Of a DNA stretch of 33,235 nt, positions 31,823 to 33,235 are shown in pieces. This DNA is from Candidatus Woesearchaeota archaeon (GTDB lineage Archaea > Nanobdellota > Nanobdellia > Woesearchaeales > UBA10107), in the NCBI GenBank assembly GCA_013331965.1, contig DUFL01000051.1, forward strand, positions 1-33,235. Direction: 5' to 3'. How positions within the stretch are numbered: the stretch's first letter is position 1; every line of letters begins with the position of its first letter. The translations under genes were made by a program, and so were the position numbers. The notes below the pieces were generated by a model. The model was not told the origin of the DNA. It searched no databases and worked only from the letters and a program-made list of their open reading frames with translations.

Positions 31823-33232
31823 ATGACAAAATCAAAGTTTGCAAGACTGCAGGAAAAACTCGTAATCAAGCAGAAATCAGCCTGGAATAATTTCAACGAG
31901 AAGCAAAGGCAGTCTATATTTTCATTCTGCGAAAAATACAAAGAGTTCCTGAACGAAGCAAAGACAGAGAGGGAAGCAACAGAAACCATAATTAAAGCTG
32001 CAAAAGCGAAAGGATTCAAAGAATTAGAGTCATTCGATTCTTTATCTCCGGGAGATTCATTTTTTTATAACAATAAAAACAAAAGCGTAGTCTTAGGAAT
32101 AATCGGAGAGGAAGCTGAATTTAATATGACTGGAGCTCATATTGATTCTCCAAGACTGGACTTAAAACCCCGGCCTTTTTACGAAGACGGGAATCTGGCA
32201 TTATTAAAAACACATTATTACGGAGGAATCAAAAAATATCACTGGTTCGAAACTCCGCTGGCAATCCATGGAATAGTGATTGATAAGAACGGAAAAAAGA
32301 GAGAAATAAAGATAGGAGAGAATGAAGAAGATCCTGTTTTTGTAATTTCTGATTTATTGCCGCACATAGGGAGAAAAACTGAGGAAAAATCAGTAAGGGA
32401 AGCTTTTGAAGCGGAAAATCTCAATGTCATAATCGGGAATATTCCGATAGTCAAAGATGATAAAATAAAAGAGAAAATAAAATTAGGAATATTATCGATA
32501 TTGAATGAAAAATACGGAATAATAGAAGAAGATTTTATCTCTGCAGAGATTGAATTAGTCCCTGCAACAAAAGCAAGGGATGTCGGGTTTGACAGGGCGC
32601 TTATCGCATCTTACGGCCAGGATGACAGGTCATGCGCATATACAACATTAAAGGCACTGTTTAATTCTGAGAACAGGAAAAAAACAAGGCTCGCTTTTTT
32701 CTATGACAAAGAAGAAATAGGCAGCGTCGGAAATACCGGAGCAGCTTCCCAATTAATGGAAAGGGTCGTTGAAATGATATTGAGGAAAAGAAACAGCAAA
32801 AAAACAGCGAATGAAATAATCTCAAAATCAATAGTGATTTCAGCAGATGTGACTTCTGCATTCGATCCGAGTTTTGCTGGGGTGTTTGATGCTAAAAATG
32901 TGAATAAGATGGGGGGAGGAGTTGCTGTTGAAAAATATACAGGCTCCGGAGGAAAATACGGAGCAAGCGACGCGAATGCAGAATATATCTCCTTCATAAC
33001 GAGGCTGCTGAACGAGAATGATGTCTGCTGGCAGGCGGGAGAAATAGGGAGAGTTGATGAGGGCGGAGGAGGAACAATAAGCTACATGATTGCAAAATAC
33101 GGATGCGATGTCATCGACATGGGAATTCCTGTGCTGGGAATGCATTCCCCTTCGGAAATAAGTTCAAAAGCTGATGTTTATTCTGCTTATCTGGCATACA
33201 AGGCATTTTTTAATACGGCAAACACAGAATGA
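31823..33232 (+). CDS. M18-family aminopeptidase (aspartyl aminopeptidase / aminopeptidase 1-like)
   Basis: TGAHIDSPRLDLKP, HYYGGIKKYHW, GQDDRSCAYT, FYDKEEIGS, GGGGTI and LGMHSPSEI occur in the order typical of M18 peptidases. Confidence 0.88.
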   Translation: MTKSKFARLQEKLVIKQKSAWNNFNEKQRQSIFSFCEKYKEFLNEAKTEREATETIIKAAKAKGFKELESFDSLSPGDSFFYNNKNKSVVLGIIGEEAEFNMTGAHIDSPRLDLKPRPFYEDGNLALLKTHYYGGIKKYHWFETPLAIHGIVIDKNGKKREIKIGENEEDPVFVISDLLPHIGRKTEEKSVREAFEAENLNVIIGNIPIVKDDKIKEKIKLGILSILNEKYGIIEEDFISAEIELVPATKARDVGFDRALIASYGQDDRSCAYTTLKALFNSENRKKTRLAFFYDKEEIGSVGNTGAASQLMERVVEMILRKRNSKKTANEIISKSIVISADVTSAFDPSFAGVFDAKNVNKMGGGVAVEKYTGSGGKYGASDANAEYISFITRLLNENDVCWQAGEIGRVDEGGGGTISYMIAKYGCDVIDMGIPVLGMHSPSEISSKADVYSAYLAYKAFFNTANTE

Positions 33233-33235
33233 CAG

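Noticed and set aside
1-33235. CRISPR arrays, rRNA genes, canonical tRNA genes, and transposase or integrase genes.
   Set aside because: I found no regularly spaced identical direct repeats, no rRNA-like conserved blocks, no cloverleaf candidates and no recombinase-like ORFs on either strand.

Overview
All assignments below come from reading the sequence and recalling family motifs; no database search or folding program was run.

This is an AT-rich archaeal chromosome segment of about 33 kb, roughly one-third G+C by eye. It probably comes from a small-genome, DPANN-like archaeon. That is an inference from the archaea/eukaryote-specific genes (eS19, eL39, eL31, L35Ae, Rpo11/RpoL, Cbf5, membrane LonB), the BRE/TATA promoters about 25 nt upstream of ATGs, dense gene packing and many orphan membrane proteins.

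Recognisable housekeeping genes:
- uppS, rpoL and a vapBC toxin-antitoxin pair
- a PAC2-type proteasome chaperone
- L35Ae and a miniature RtcB-like ligase
- a TctA-like membrane protein and lonB
- rps19e-rpl39e-rpl31e
- cbf5, a family-4/5-like uracil-DNA glycosylase and an M18 aminopeptidase

Three things stand out.
1. A minus-strand, translationally coupled ten-gene cluster (18243 down to 9579) opens with a 47-aa RHH regulator. The other nine genes encode signal-peptide, multi-pass-membrane or long coiled-coil proteins. None carries a family signature I recognise and none has an NTPase motif. This is my best candidate for an undescribed envelope-associated system.
2. A family of GC-rich, about 115-165-nt three-stem hairpin elements sits in intergenic DNA, with five full and several truncated copies. 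Stems covary between copies while internal loops and an apical CCC-GTA-GGG-AGCG-YCCCC motif are conserved. It is a candidate new structured sRNA or repeat family.
3. A roughly 45-bp promoter cassette (palindromic TAGTYACT..AGTRRCTA box plus AAAATAGAAAGGTTTATATA) is shared by four otherwise unrelated secreted or membrane-protein and RtcB-like transcription units.
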